In this document: piece after piece, positions 17,895-26,735 of the stretch
Position numbering within the stretch: position 1 is the stretch's first letter
Layout of the letters: each line of letters starts with the position of its first letter
Source: Patescibacteria group bacterium
GTDB lineage: Bacteria > Patescibacteriota > Microgenomatia > UBA1400 > PJMF01
DNA: 45,530 bases
Assembly (NCBI GenBank): GCA_018813375.1
Contig: JAHJBU010000003.1
Coordinates: forward strand, 1-45,530
Reading direction: 5' to 3'
Notes under the pieces: model-generated
The model's input: only the letters and a program-made list of their open reading frames with translations
Told to the model about the DNA's origin: nothing
Database searches by the model: none
Position numbers and translations under genes: made by a program

Positions 17895-19037
17895 ATGAAA
17901 CCTAAAGTTGCTTTAGTTTACGACCGAATTAATACTCCCTACGGTGGGGCTGAAAAAGTATTATTAGCTCTTCATCAAGCCTTTCGGCAAGCTCCAGTTT
18001 ACACTGCTGTTTTTCATCCACGTGCTAAATGGGCAAAAGTTTTTGAGATAAAAACTTCATTTTTACAAAAAATACCCTTTGCCAATCAATTTCATCGTTT
18101 TTTTGCTCCCCTAATGCCATTGGCCTTTGAGTTATTAGACTTATCTGAATATGACATTATTATTTCTATAACCAGCGCTGAAGCTAAAGGAATTATTACA
18201 AAACCAAATCAGCTTCATATCTGCTATATGTTGACCCCGACTCGTTACCTATATAGTCACCGAGCTCATTATGAGAAAACTCATTGGCCATTTAAAATCC
18301 CCATATTAAGCTTTTTTAGCCGTAAACTTTTTGACTATCTTACCTGGTGGGATCAAGTTGCAGCTCATCGGCCCGATGTTATTATTCCTATTTCTAATTT
18401 AGTTAAAAAAAGGGTAGGGGAGCATTATCAACGCTTGACACATAAAGTTATCTATCCGCCTATAGATCTAAATGAACTTAAACCAATTGACGACATAAAA
18501 CTATATCACCCCTACTATCTTCCTAAAAAATATTATCTAGTTATCTCTAGATTAGTGCCATATAAAAGAGTTGATCTAGCTATTAGAGCCTGTCAAAAAT
18601 TAAATAAAAAACTAGTCATTATTGGCGAAGGACCTCAAGAAACAGAATTAAAAAATATCTCTAATGACAATATTTATTTCTTAGGCAGTGTAACTACGAC
18701 CCAGCGCCAGGCTATTATGTCTCAAGCTAAGGCCCTGCTTATGCTTGGTTTAGAAGATTTTGGCATCACTGCTATGGAAGCAATTCTATCTAATAAACCA
18801 GTAATTTTGCATAAAAAATCTGGAGCTAGTGAACTATTACTAAATCAATCGGCGGCTTTTTACATCACAAAACTCTCAACTAATGCGGTCATCAAAGCAA
18901 TCAAAAAATTAGAAAGCTCTAGATTCGAATTTACTACCCTGAAGAAAAAGTTGAAAAAATATGCTATAAATGACTTTGTCAGACGGTTTCAAACAACCGT
19001 TTTTAAACTTTACAAACAGCAGAAAGGACGCTTATGA
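17895..19037 (+). CDS. GT4 family glycosyltransferase
   Basis: YYLVISRLVPYKRVDLAI ... GLEDFGITAMEAILSNKPVILHKKSGASE. Confidence 0.8.
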   Translation: MKPKVALVYDRINTPYGGAEKVLLALHQAFRQAPVYTAVFHPRAKWAKVFEIKTSFLQKIPFANQFHRFFAPLMPLAFELLDLSEYDIIISITSAEAKGIITKPNQLHICYMLTPTRYLYSHRAHYEKTHWPFKIPILSFFSRKLFDYLTWWDQVAAHRPDVIIPISNLVKKRVGEHYQRLTHKVIYPPIDLNELKPIDDIKLYHPYYLPKKYYLVISRLVPYKRVDLAIRACQKLNKKLVIIGEGPQETELKNISNDNIYFLGSVTTTQRQAIMSQAKALLMLGLEDFGITAMEAILSNKPVILHKKSGASELLLNQSAAFYITKLSTNAVIKAIKKLESSRFEFTTLKKKLKKYAINDFVRRFQTTVFKLYKQQKGRL

Positions 19038-20137
19038 GCGCTCTTGATCATACTTATGCAGTTATTTTAGCCGGCGGAGGAGGTACTCGCCTCTGGCCAA
19101 AATCACGTAAAAAAAATCCTAAGCAGTTTTTAAAACTCATTGCAAATAAAACCATGATGCAAGTTGCTGCAAATCGCATTACAAAAATAGTTCCTTGGGA
19201 TCAAGTTATCGTAGTTACTAATAAACTCTATGAAAATGAAGTCAGAGAACAACTTCCTGAGGTTCCAAAAAATAATATTATCGCCGAACCACAAAAAAAA
19301 GATACAGCTTTAGCTATGTTAGTAGGTAGTCTTTATGCAAAAAATCTTGATCCAAAGGCAATAATTATTAATGCTGCCTCAGACCATACGTTAACTAATG
19401 ATAAAGAGTATGTTCGAGTTATGAAAGCTGCTGTTAAAACTGCAGCAGAAAACAAATGTTTAGTTACTGTTGGCATCACACCTACTTTCCCCTCTACTGG
19501 ATTTGGTTATATTAAAATCGGAGAAGATATAAAAAAACTTGACAAAGGACTCTCTCTTTTTAAAGTTGACAGTTTTACAGAAAAACCAAATAAAGCTACG
19601 GCCAGAGCATTTATCTCCACTGGAAAATATTTTTGGAATGCCAATATGTATGTTTGGTCAGCAGAAAGTATTTCTGATGCTTTTGAGAAATATATGCCAA
19701 AAATGTATACTCTAACAAAAGATTTAGCTGATAAAACAGCCAAACAATTCCATCTAACTTTGCCACAAATATATAAACAAGCCGAAAGCACTTCTATTGA
19801 CTATGCGATTTCAGAAAAAGCTGATAATTTAGTTTTGATTCCAGGAGATTTTGGCTGGAATGATGTAGGCAACTGGAAAATAGTCTATGACCTAGGCACT
19901 AAAGACCTAGCGGGAAATGTAGTAATCAGCGAAAACGAAAATGCACATTCTCTTTCAATTGAAGCTCATAACAACCTCATACACACTAATGGTCGCTTAA
20001 TTGCGATGATCGGCATAGATGATCTTGTGATTGTTGACACAGATGAAATTCTTATGATTGCCCCAAAACATAGGGCTCAACAAGTCAAAAAACTCGTTAA
20101 TCGCCTTAAAGAAGAGGGTAAAGAAGAATATTTATAA
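19034..20137 (+). CDS. manC: Mannose-1-phosphate guanylyltransferase (GDP-mannose pyrophosphorylase), NTP-transferase type
   Basis: YAVILAGGGGTRLWPKSRKKNPKQFLKL is the N-terminal signature of ManC/CpsB-type enzymes. ATGA overlap with the upstream gene. Confidence 0.8.
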   Translation: MSALDHTYAVILAGGGGTRLWPKSRKKNPKQFLKLIANKTMMQVAANRITKIVPWDQVIVVTNKLYENEVREQLPEVPKNNIIAEPQKKDTALAMLVGSLYAKNLDPKAIIINAASDHTLTNDKEYVRVMKAAVKTAAENKCLVTVGITPTFPSTGFGYIKIGEDIKKLDKGLSLFKVDSFTEKPNKATARAFISTGKYFWNANMYVWSAESISDAFEKYMPKMYTLTKDLADKTAKQFHLTLPQIYKQAESTSIDYAISEKADNLVLIPGDFGWNDVGNWKIVYDLGTKDLAGNVVISENENAHSLSIEAHNNLIHTNGRLIAMIGIDDLVIVDTDEILMIAPKHRAQQVKKLVNRLKEEGKEEYL

Positions 20138-20143
20138 ACCTCT

Positions 20144-20767
20144 ATGTTATCTTTTGAAACTCAGAAACGAATTTTAGATATAACTGTGGCAATCGGACTA
20201 CTCATCTTATTCCTGCCTATTTGGGTACTAATCCCGCTAATTATTTGTGTTGACTCTGGTCTACCCATCTTTTTTTCACATAGAAGAGTTGGTAAAAATG
20301 GCAAAGAATTTAATCTACTTAAATTTCGCTCCATGATTCAGGGCGCGGATGAATTCCTGCATAATAAGAATCATCAGTTGCTAAAAAAATTTAAAGATAA
20401 CGATTGGAAGCTTCAAAATGATCCACGTATTACTCAATTGGGAAAAATGTTACGCTCTCTTACAATAGATGAATTTCCACAATTATTAAATGTTTTAAAA
20501 GGTGAAATGAGCATGGTGGGACCTAGAGCCTATGTAAAAAAAGAGCTTGAAGAGCAAACAAAAAAATATCCAGAGACAAAAAAATTTGTCAAAGACATTC
20601 TCTCAGTTAAACCAGGTATTACTGGCCCATGGCAAACTGGAGGTAGAAATGAAGTTGCTTTTAAAACTAGAGCCAAAATGGATGCTTTGTATTCTCGCAA
20701 AAAAACAATCTACAAAGATCTTGAAATTCTCTTCAAAACCCCCAAAGCTATGATTTCTAAATGGTAG
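20144..20767 (+). CDS. Small (monotopic-type) polyprenyl-phosphate phosphoglycosyl transferase, Bac_transf family (initiating sugar transferase)
   Basis: One N-terminal hydrophobic segment, then RVGKNGKEFNLLKFRSM ... DPRITQLGKMLRSLTIDEFPQLLNVLKGEMSMVGPRA ... PGITGPWQ. Confidence 0.85.
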   Translation: MLSFETQKRILDITVAIGLLILFLPIWVLIPLIICVDSGLPIFFSHRRVGKNGKEFNLLKFRSMIQGADEFLHNKNHQLLKKFKDNDWKLQNDPRITQLGKMLRSLTIDEFPQLLNVLKGEMSMVGPRAYVKKELEEQTKKYPETKKFVKDILSVKPGITGPWQTGGRNEVAFKTRAKMDALYSRKKTIYKDLEILFKTPKAMISKW

Positions 20768-22764
20768 CTGATATACTTAACTCTATGTCTGAAAATACTA
20801 CTGCTACTCAAGACAAAATGACTCATAAAGAAGAATCTATTCTTAAAAAAATCTCCTTTGAAGAATCTGAAGAGGAAATCGCCCAAAAAGAAAAATTTTT
20901 TCAAAAACATAAAAAGCCCCTAATTATCGCAGGAGGAATTTTAGGCATTTTTTTGGTCATTTTTACAGTTTTGAGCCTATATACACTGGGTGTTATAAAT
21001 ACATTTAAAACCCAGGGTTTTGAGGTAAAAACCACAACGCAAGCTGCTTATACCAATTTTAAAAACCAAAATTTGCCAGCTACAGAAGCTGAATTAAAAA
21101 AACTAGAGCAACAAGAACAAAACTTACGACAAACTTATAAAAAACTGAGTATCTACAATTATATTCCTGTCCTTAGAAAATATTACCTTGATGGAATTGC
21201 CGCCTTTAATGCTGGCGAAGCAGGACTTCGAGCGGCGTTAAAAACAGTTGAGGCTATTACTCCGTACGCTGATGTACTGGGTTTTGCGGGTGAGGACACA
21301 TTTGCTGGTGGCACGGCTGAAGACAGATTAAAATTGGTCTTACAGACTATTGATAAAATTTCTCCAATTTTAGATGACATTACTGCAGAACTAAATATTA
21401 TGCAGACAGAATTAGCTCTAATTAATCCCAATAGATATCCAGAAGATTTTCGAGGTCAAAACATTCGTTCATATATTTTAACTGCTCAAGAATCAGGTCA
21501 AACTGCATTGAGCTCAATTATTCAATATAGACCAATTTTAGAACAACTACCCGAAATCATGGGCGCCAAAGAAGAACGAAAAAAATACCTTATTCTTTTT
21601 CAAAACGATAACGAGCTTCGCCCCACCGGTGGTTTCTTAACTGCCTATGCCACAATTTTTATTGAAGATGGCAAGGTCTCTCCAGAAAAATCAGACGATA
21701 TCTATGAATTAGACAAAAAATTTAATAAGCGTATCCCTATCCCAGAAGAGCTTGGTCGCTATCTAACTACAGAAAAATACTGGAATTTACGCGATATGAA
21801 CACTTCACCAGACTTTAAAATCTCCATAAAACAATTCTTAGAACACTACTTAGAAATCCGGGGAGAGCCAAAAGATATTAACGGGGTGATTGCAGTTGAT
21901 ACAGAATTTTTAACTAAACTACTAGAAGTTTTGGGGCCAGTCGAAGTACCAGGATATGGAATCTTCAGTGCAGAAAACGACCCTCGCTGCGATTGCCCCC
22001 AGGTTGTTTACGCTCTCTCTGAAATTATTACCAAGCCAACCCCATATCTTCGAGATGATCGAAAAGGAATTTTAGGACCAATGATGAGAGCTATTCTGAC
22101 TAAATCCTATGGGGCTCCAAGACAACAGTGGCCTCAATTATTCCAAATTGGCGTCAGTAGCATGGAGGGACGTCATCTTCAAATGTACTTCATGGATGAA
22201 ACAGCTCAATCAGCCACAGAGGCTATCAACGCAGCTGGCGTTATGAACGCGAAAGAAGGCGCTGATTTCTTGGCTATTGTAAATGCCAATCTAGGAGGAG
22301 CTAAATCAAATCTGTTTACAGAGTATGAGGTTTCACAAATAGTCAGAGCTCCTGAAAATGGTCAGATTACCAAGGAAATTGAGATCACTTACCGAAATAC
22401 TAAAAAAGCCGACAACTGCAATCTAGAAGCCGGGCAGCTTTGTCTAAACTCAACTCTTAGAGATTGGACTAGGTTATATCTTCCAGCAGGCAGTAAACTC
22501 ATAGAAGCCCAAGGATTTACAGAGGAAGCAAAAGAGTATGAAGAAAATGGCTTTCATGTTATTGACGGCTTCTTTATTCTAGAACCACTCGGGCAAGCTA
22601 AACTCAAACTAAGCTACACTGTTCCGTATGCAGACAACCAAACCTATCGTCTAAAACTCTGGAAACAGGGTGGAATTGATCCTATTAAGACACTCATGGA
22701 TGTGACAGGTGGACAAGAAGAAATCATGGTGAATAAAGATATTCTTTATGAAACACCGTTCTAA
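20761..22764 (+). CDS. DUF4012 domain-containing membrane-anchored protein
   Basis: N-terminal TM segment, then a large extracytoplasmic region with FQNDNELRPTGGFLTAYATI, the hallmark RPTGGF block of DUF4012. The ATG at 20761 overlaps the upstream stop; ATG at 20785 is an alternative start. Confidence 0.7.
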   Translation: MVADILNSMSENTTATQDKMTHKEESILKKISFEESEEEIAQKEKFFQKHKKPLIIAGGILGIFLVIFTVLSLYTLGVINTFKTQGFEVKTTTQAAYTNFKNQNLPATEAELKKLEQQEQNLRQTYKKLSIYNYIPVLRKYYLDGIAAFNAGEAGLRAALKTVEAITPYADVLGFAGEDTFAGGTAEDRLKLVLQTIDKISPILDDITAELNIMQTELALINPNRYPEDFRGQNIRSYILTAQESGQTALSSIIQYRPILEQLPEIMGAKEERKKYLILFQNDNELRPTGGFLTAYATIFIEDGKVSPEKSDDIYELDKKFNKRIPIPEELGRYLTTEKYWNLRDMNTSPDFKISIKQFLEHYLEIRGEPKDINGVIAVDTEFLTKLLEVLGPVEVPGYGIFSAENDPRCDCPQVVYALSEIITKPTPYLRDDRKGILGPMMRAILTKSYGAPRQQWPQLFQIGVSSMEGRHLQMYFMDETAQSATEAINAAGVMNAKEGADFLAIVNANLGGAKSNLFTEYEVSQIVRAPENGQITKEIEITYRNTKKADNCNLEAGQLCLNSTLRDWTRLYLPAGSKLIEAQGFTEEAKEYEENGFHVIDGFFILEPLGQAKLKLSYTVPYADNQTYRLKLWKQGGIDPIKTLMDVTGGQEEIMVNKDILYETPF

Positions 22765-23302
22765 AAATTTTAATATTAGGGGAATTATTCTTAAAAGAAA
22801 CAAGGTCGGTGAAACCGATCGAGTGATTACTATTCTTACACAAGAATATGGAAAATTAGTTGCTGTTGCAAAAGGGGTACGCAAACTTACTTCCTCAAAA
22901 AGGGCTTTTTTGGAGCCAGGCAATCTAGTCAAAGCCTATTTTGTCAAAACTAAATCTTTACCTTTGCTAACTCAAGCCAAATTGATTAGTGACTGTAGCC
23001 AAGCTAGAAATAATTTAATAGAAATTAGAAAACTCACTCAATTTTTAGAAATTTTAGACAAATTATTTGTAGAAGAAGAAATTGATAAAGAATTATTTAA
23101 AAAAATATTAATTTTACGGACTAACATTGTAAAACAAAAAATAAAAAATGGTCAAATTAAAAGAGAATTAGAAAATTTGATTGAAAAACTTGGTTACAGA
23201 AACCCACGAGAAACACAATATAATTCCGTGCTAGATTATGTGGCAACACTATCTGATAGACCCATGAGAAGCTTTGAGTATTTAGCAACTCAAACCAGAT
23301 GA
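22748..23302 (+). CDS. recO: DNA repair protein RecO (short form, 184 aa)
   Basis: N-terminal OB-fold pattern RGIILKRNKVGETDRVITILTQEYGKLVAVAKGVRKLTSSKRAFLEPGNLV. No Cys-rich zinc-finger region is visible. Confidence 0.7.
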   Translation: MKHRSKNFNIRGIILKRNKVGETDRVITILTQEYGKLVAVAKGVRKLTSSKRAFLEPGNLVKAYFVKTKSLPLLTQAKLISDCSQARNNLIEIRKLTQFLEILDKLFVEEEIDKELFKKILILRTNIVKQKIKNGQIKRELENLIEKLGYRNPRETQYNSVLDYVATLSDRPMRSFEYLATQTR

Positions 23303-23315
23303 TATACTAAATGTT

Positions 23316-24722
23316 ATGTCTGAAGCCTCACCTACACTAGAAAAAATAGTTTCTCTAGCCAAAAGGCGTGGCTTTGTTTTTCCTACTTCTGATATCTATG
23401 GAGGTTTGGCTAATTCTTACGATTACGGCCCCATGGGCACGGAATTATTAAAAAATATTAGAGACTTGTGGTGGAAATACTTTATTACTACTCGTCCGGA
23501 TATGGTGGGGTTACAATCTCAAATCCTCCAGCATCCACAGACTTGGGTAGCTTCTGGTCATGTGGAGGCATTTCATGATCCATTAATAGAAGATAAAGTT
23601 ACTCATAAACGCTACCGAGTAGATCATATTATTGAAACTTGGCTTTCCCAAAATACAACTGTGCTTAATCTGGAAATGATAGTAGTTGAAAACATGAGTC
23701 TCAAAGAAATGGCCGCCTTTATCACTAAACATAAAATCAAAAGTCCAGATGGAAATGAGCTCTCAGAACCAAAACAGTTTAGTCTATTATTTGAAACTCA
23801 AATTGGCTCTGTAGCTGGTGAAAAATCTACAGTTTACATGCGCGGCGAAACTGCCCAAGGTATCTTTACTAATTTTAAAAATGTTTTAGATTCAACTCGA
23901 GTCCAATTACCATTTGGGATCGGGAATATCGGCACTAGTTTTCGCAATGAAGTTACTACAGGACAGTTTGTCTTTAGGACTCTAGAATTTGAATTAGCTG
24001 AAATTGAATATTTCTTTGATCCAGAAAAAGAAGACTGGAAAAAAATAATGACGCAATGGAAAAATGAGATGTGGCAATTTGCTACAAAAACATTGGGAAT
24101 TCAAGAAAATAATCTTAAATGGCGTCAACATACTGATAAAGAACGCTCTCACTATAGTTTAGATACCTGGGATCTAGACTACAAATATCCGTTTGGCTAC
24201 AAAGAGCTCTGGGGCTTAGCCTACAGAACTGATTTTGATCTCAAACAACACCAAAAACATTCTGGTCAAAACCTAGAATACATTGATCCCCAAACTCAAA
24301 AGAAATTTTTGCCTCATGTCATCGAGCCAGCAGTGGGAGTAGCTCGTTTATTCCTTATGATTCTCTGTGACGCTTACTGGGAAGATAAAAAAAACAATCG
24401 CACAGTTTTAAAACTTAAACCAAGTCTTGCTCCATATAAAGCTGCAGTTTTCCCCTTAGCCAAAAACAAACCTGAGTTAGTAGAAAAAGCTAGAAAAATC
24501 TTTGATGAGCTTAGCAAAAAATATCATGTGGCTTGGGATGAGCGTAGTAGCATTGGCAAACGCTATCTATATCAAGATGAAATCGGTACACCTTACTGCA
24601 TTACAGTAGACTATGAGACTTTAGAAGATGGGACTGTGACAATTAGAGATAGAGATACCACTGAGCAAATTCGCCTACCCATGACAGAACTTGCTGATTA
24701 TCTTAGAAATAGAGTAAAGTAA
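23316..24722 (+). CDS. glyQS: Glycine--tRNA ligase (homodimeric class II GlyRS)
   Basis: IVSLAKRRGFVFPTSDIYGGLANSYDYGPMGTELLKNI ... FRNE ... GVARL; 468 aa, typical of the GlyQS type. Confidence 0.9.
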   Translation: MSEASPTLEKIVSLAKRRGFVFPTSDIYGGLANSYDYGPMGTELLKNIRDLWWKYFITTRPDMVGLQSQILQHPQTWVASGHVEAFHDPLIEDKVTHKRYRVDHIIETWLSQNTTVLNLEMIVVENMSLKEMAAFITKHKIKSPDGNELSEPKQFSLLFETQIGSVAGEKSTVYMRGETAQGIFTNFKNVLDSTRVQLPFGIGNIGTSFRNEVTTGQFVFRTLEFELAEIEYFFDPEKEDWKKIMTQWKNEMWQFATKTLGIQENNLKWRQHTDKERSHYSLDTWDLDYKYPFGYKELWGLAYRTDFDLKQHQKHSGQNLEYIDPQTQKKFLPHVIEPAVGVARLFLMILCDAYWEDKKNNRTVLKLKPSLAPYKAAVFPLAKNKPELVEKARKIFDELSKKYHVAWDERSSIGKRYLYQDEIGTPYCITVDYETLEDGTVTIRDRDTTEQIRLPMTELADYLRNRVK

Positions 24723-24756
24723 ATTTGTATTAATAAAAATAAGGCCTAAGATTTGT

Positions 24757-25545
24757 ATGAAAAAAAAACTTCCTATTATTTTAATAGCCTTATTAATTAT
24801 TGGCGGAGGCGTTTTTACTTTTACCAAATCACGCTCCAAACCAACTACTCCGGAACAAACTTCCAAAAAAAAACGCATTGAAGAGCCTACTAATGTTATT
24901 GCAGTAGAGGAAAGACCATATATCCAGATAATTCCTCATGCTGATGGACACAACGTCAGTATTAAAATAAACGCGGTTAAAAAAGACGCCGCTAGCGTTG
25001 AGTATGAGCTTGAATACCAGGCTGGCTCACTATTACAGGGCGCATTTGGCCAATTTGATTTAAATTCACTGCCAGCAACAGAAAAAATTCTTTTGGGCAG
25101 TTGTAGCGCAGGGGGTGCTTGCTCTTTTCATGAAGATATTCAGGGCGGATCACTCCTAACTCGTTTTGACGGTCCAGAGTCATATGCACTTAAATCTCGT
25201 TGGAAATATATTGACAACATTGATAGCAGAACATCTTTTAACTCTCAAGATGCTAAATTTCAAATTGAGTCAACTGATCTAAAAAATCAACGCTATCTAG
25301 TGATCTTTAACACCGCTGGCTATCCAGAAGGTCTAGAGGGCATGCTTGTGTCTGAAATTTACTCATTCACTAGCTCTAGTTCATTAACTGGAAAAGCTGA
25401 GCTAACCATCCGCGCGCAAGAAGAAGGCGAGCTAGCTATCATGGGCTATGATGGGGAAACTTGGCATAAATTTGATACCACTGTAGATGAAAAAATAGCT
25501 ACTGCAGAAGTGGATTTAATGGAGCTGTACGTAGTGACTAACTAA
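24757..25545 (+). CDS. Hypothetical N-terminally anchored or secreted protein
   Basis: 262-aa ORF with MKKKLPIILIALLIIGGGVFTF as a signal/anchor. No lipobox Cys and no recognisable domain. Confidence 0.6.
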   Translation: MKKKLPIILIALLIIGGGVFTFTKSRSKPTTPEQTSKKKRIEEPTNVIAVEERPYIQIIPHADGHNVSIKINAVKKDAASVEYELEYQAGSLLQGAFGQFDLNSLPATEKILLGSCSAGGACSFHEDIQGGSLLTRFDGPESYALKSRWKYIDNIDSRTSFNSQDAKFQIESTDLKNQRYLVIFNTAGYPEGLEGMLVSEIYSFTSSSSLTGKAELTIRAQEEGELAIMGYDGETWHKFDTTVDEKIATAEVDLMELYVVTN

Positions 25546-25585
25546 CACTTTTTCAAATTTAAAAAACTAGTTAAGTAAATTTAGG

Positions 25586-25645
25586 TTGACAAGGTACTTG
25601 TAACGCATGTATACGCGCCTGTATACTTCATATAATGAACTGTTC
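25586..25645 (+). promoter_or_regulatory. Candidate promoter(s) with operator-like palindromes for the Panacea cassette
   Basis: TTGACA 25586-25591. Two self-palindromic GTATAC hexamers at 25609-25614 and 25621-25626. Perfect TATAAT 25631-25636, immediately followed by palindrome GAACTGTTC 25637-25645. The ATG is at 25683. Confidence 0.5.
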
Positions 25646-25682
25646 GTAAACGGGCGGTGAATTAACAGACTTAAAAATTAAC

Positions 25683-26222
25683 ATGAAAATACCATTAGTC
25701 AAACTCAAGGCTATCCTTCTATACTTTTGCAATCATACTGATGTCAAGTTTTTAGGCAAAGTAAAACTAATGAAGCTTTTTTACTTTTTAGATTTTATAC
25801 ACCTAAAAACATATGGATCTCCGGTTACGTACGATACTTATATAAACTTAGAGCATGGTCCAATTCCTTCCTTTATTAAAAACTTAATTGATAATGCCGC
25901 CGATGATCTAAATGAGTCTGAATTATCAGATGTGATCGATATAGACAAACCAGATGGAATTTCTATGTGTAGATTTTTACCCAAGAGAAAATTTCTAGAT
26001 GATGATAAAAAACACCTTTCAGAAGTTGAGCTAGAAATATTAGAGAAGATTTGTTTAAGATTTGGTGATAAAAATACAAAATATCTTGAAGATATATCTC
26101 ATAAAGAATCAGCCTGGAGAATGACCAGATTCCTACAAGTGATACCCTATAATCTAGCAGCCAATGATAAAGATTGCCTAGTGGAAGAAGAAGATATAAA
26201 ATTACTTATGGATATAATGTAA
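25683..26222 (+). CDS. Panacea / DUF4065 (SocA-like antitoxin, GepA-like phage-associated) domain protein
   Basis: LGKVKLMKLFYFLDFIHLKTYGSPVTYDTYINLEHGPIPSFI fits the K-L-x-K-L-x-Y ... G-x-P ... GP[VI] pattern of the Panacea domain. 179 aa with an acidic C-terminal part. Confidence 0.7.
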   Translation: MKIPLVKLKAILLYFCNHTDVKFLGKVKLMKLFYFLDFIHLKTYGSPVTYDTYINLEHGPIPSFIKNLIDNAADDLNESELSDVIDIDKPDGISMCRFLPKRKFLDDDKKHLSEVELEILEKICLRFGDKNTKYLEDISHKESAWRMTRFLQVIPYNLAANDKDCLVEEEDIKLLMDIM

Positions 26223-26617
26223 TGAGTTTTCCCCTAACATTTGGTGATGTTTTTGAATATGAAGAAAGAGTTTATATATTTTTAGTTTTATCAGAAAAAG
26301 TAATTCATGTAGCAAGAGTTTTGGACTTAATTGAGACTCAAAAAATTGAAGAGAGAGTCGAGAGATTGATTCAACAAGGAAAAGATGATTTTTTAAAAAC
26401 TAACGTATTATTTGCATATGTTAAACTTCAAACAAAAGAACTAAAAAATAGAGCTTGTCACTTACACAATACGGGAAAAGATGACTTAAGTATGTATTTC
26501 AGCCCACTCCCCATTTCTTTATCTAATAAAGATTTAAAAGGCATTAAAAAGGAAATTTTAGAAAGAAAAACTGTCTCTACAACTCTTCAAGAACTTGTTA
26601 AAGATATAGAAATATGA
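26222..26617 (+). CDS. 131-aa orphan protein translationally coupled to the Panacea gene; candidate toxin or effector partner
   Basis: The track ORF starts at 26174 inside the upstream gene. The in-frame ATG at 26222 overlaps the upstream TAA (TAATG). MSFPLTFGDVFEYEERVYIFLVL... has no TM segment and no family I recognise. It contains R77-ACHL-H82 (an R-x4-H pattern). Confidence 0.6.
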   Translation: MSFPLTFGDVFEYEERVYIFLVLSEKVIHVARVLDLIETQKIEERVERLIQQGKDDFLKTNVLFAYVKLQTKELKNRACHLHNTGKDDLSMYFSPLPISLSNKDLKGIKKEILERKTVSTTLQELVKDIEI

Positions 26618-26735
26618 GTAATTTTTTACCCTACTCCACAAAGTAATTTCAACTAATTAGAAATCGATTGCGACTGTTTTTAAAGTTGCTTAGTTATAAA
26701 TCCGCTTTTTTTATCCCCATAACTAATCTCCAACA

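Noticed and set aside
25637-25645. GAACTGTTC (also at 2438-2446) as a LexA/Cheo SOS box
   Set aside because: Gram-positive-type SOS boxes are GAAC-N4-GTTC. Here the spacer is a single nucleotide, and none of the sites precede DNA-repair genes (ruvCAB and recO have no such site).
26174-26221. 16-codon upstream extension of the Panacea partner ORF (MPSGRRRYKITYGYNV)
   Set aside because: It lies entirely inside the upstream gene. The TAATG stop/start overlap at 26220-26224 is the classical coupled arrangement.
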